A stretch of DNA of 15,336 bases from a virus (Duplodnaviria; Heunggongvirae; Uroviricota; Caudoviricetes), in IMG/VR virus record IMGVR_UViG_3300028585_000002, positions 1-15,336 of that record. One strand, written 5' to 3'. Shown here one piece after another: positions 15,299 to 15,336 of the stretch (position 1 is the first letter of the stretch; every line of letters starts with the position of its first letter). Both the position numbers and the translations under genes were made by a program. The notes under the pieces were generated by a model that was not told the DNA's origin, did no database searches, and saw only the letters and a list, made by a program, of their open reading frames with translations.

Positions 15299-15336
15299 TC
15301 AGACCTCAGCCATTGCACGGTTTTTGGCTCGCTCCA
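15299..15336 (-). CDS. Probable 3' end of an upstream operon partner (...ERAKNRAMAEV*)
   Basis: Only 11 codons visible; stop lies 3 nt before the HEPN ATG. Confidence 0.3.
   Translation of the reverse strand, partial: ERAKNRAMAEV

Noticed and set aside
1-15336. tRNA, CRISPR array, reverse transcriptase/DGR or IS element
   Set aside because: No cloverleaf, repeat-spacer array, RT motif or transposase motif seen by eye

Overview
GC-rich temperate phage-like DNA. Nearly all genes run on the + strand: the end of a tail-fibre region, a lysis cassette (coiled-coil/TM protein, GH19 endolysin, holin, overlapping spanins), PhoH, a replication block (hypothetical, Hfq/Sm-fold protein, SF4 helicase, primase), a WGR-domain protein, an ATP-dependent DNA ligase, several small hypotheticals, a degenerate tyrosine-recombinase-like gene and an intact tyrosine recombinase. 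An abrupt switch to AT-rich DNA follows, carrying a convergent HEPN-motif gene that is probably defence cargo. The gene set recalls SSU5/pHCM2-type phage-plasmids (from memory, not verified). Most notable: (1) an Hfq-like gene coupled to the helicase, with proximal-face residues kept but rim and distal residues lost; (2) five copies of TAAGTCACCRNTGA, four of them in two exact registers relative to -10 boxes; (3) a dead-recombinase/live-recombinase pair separated by 15-bp direct repeats and a DnaA box; (4) the HEPN cargo gene. All assignments come from motifs read by eye; no database searches were run.
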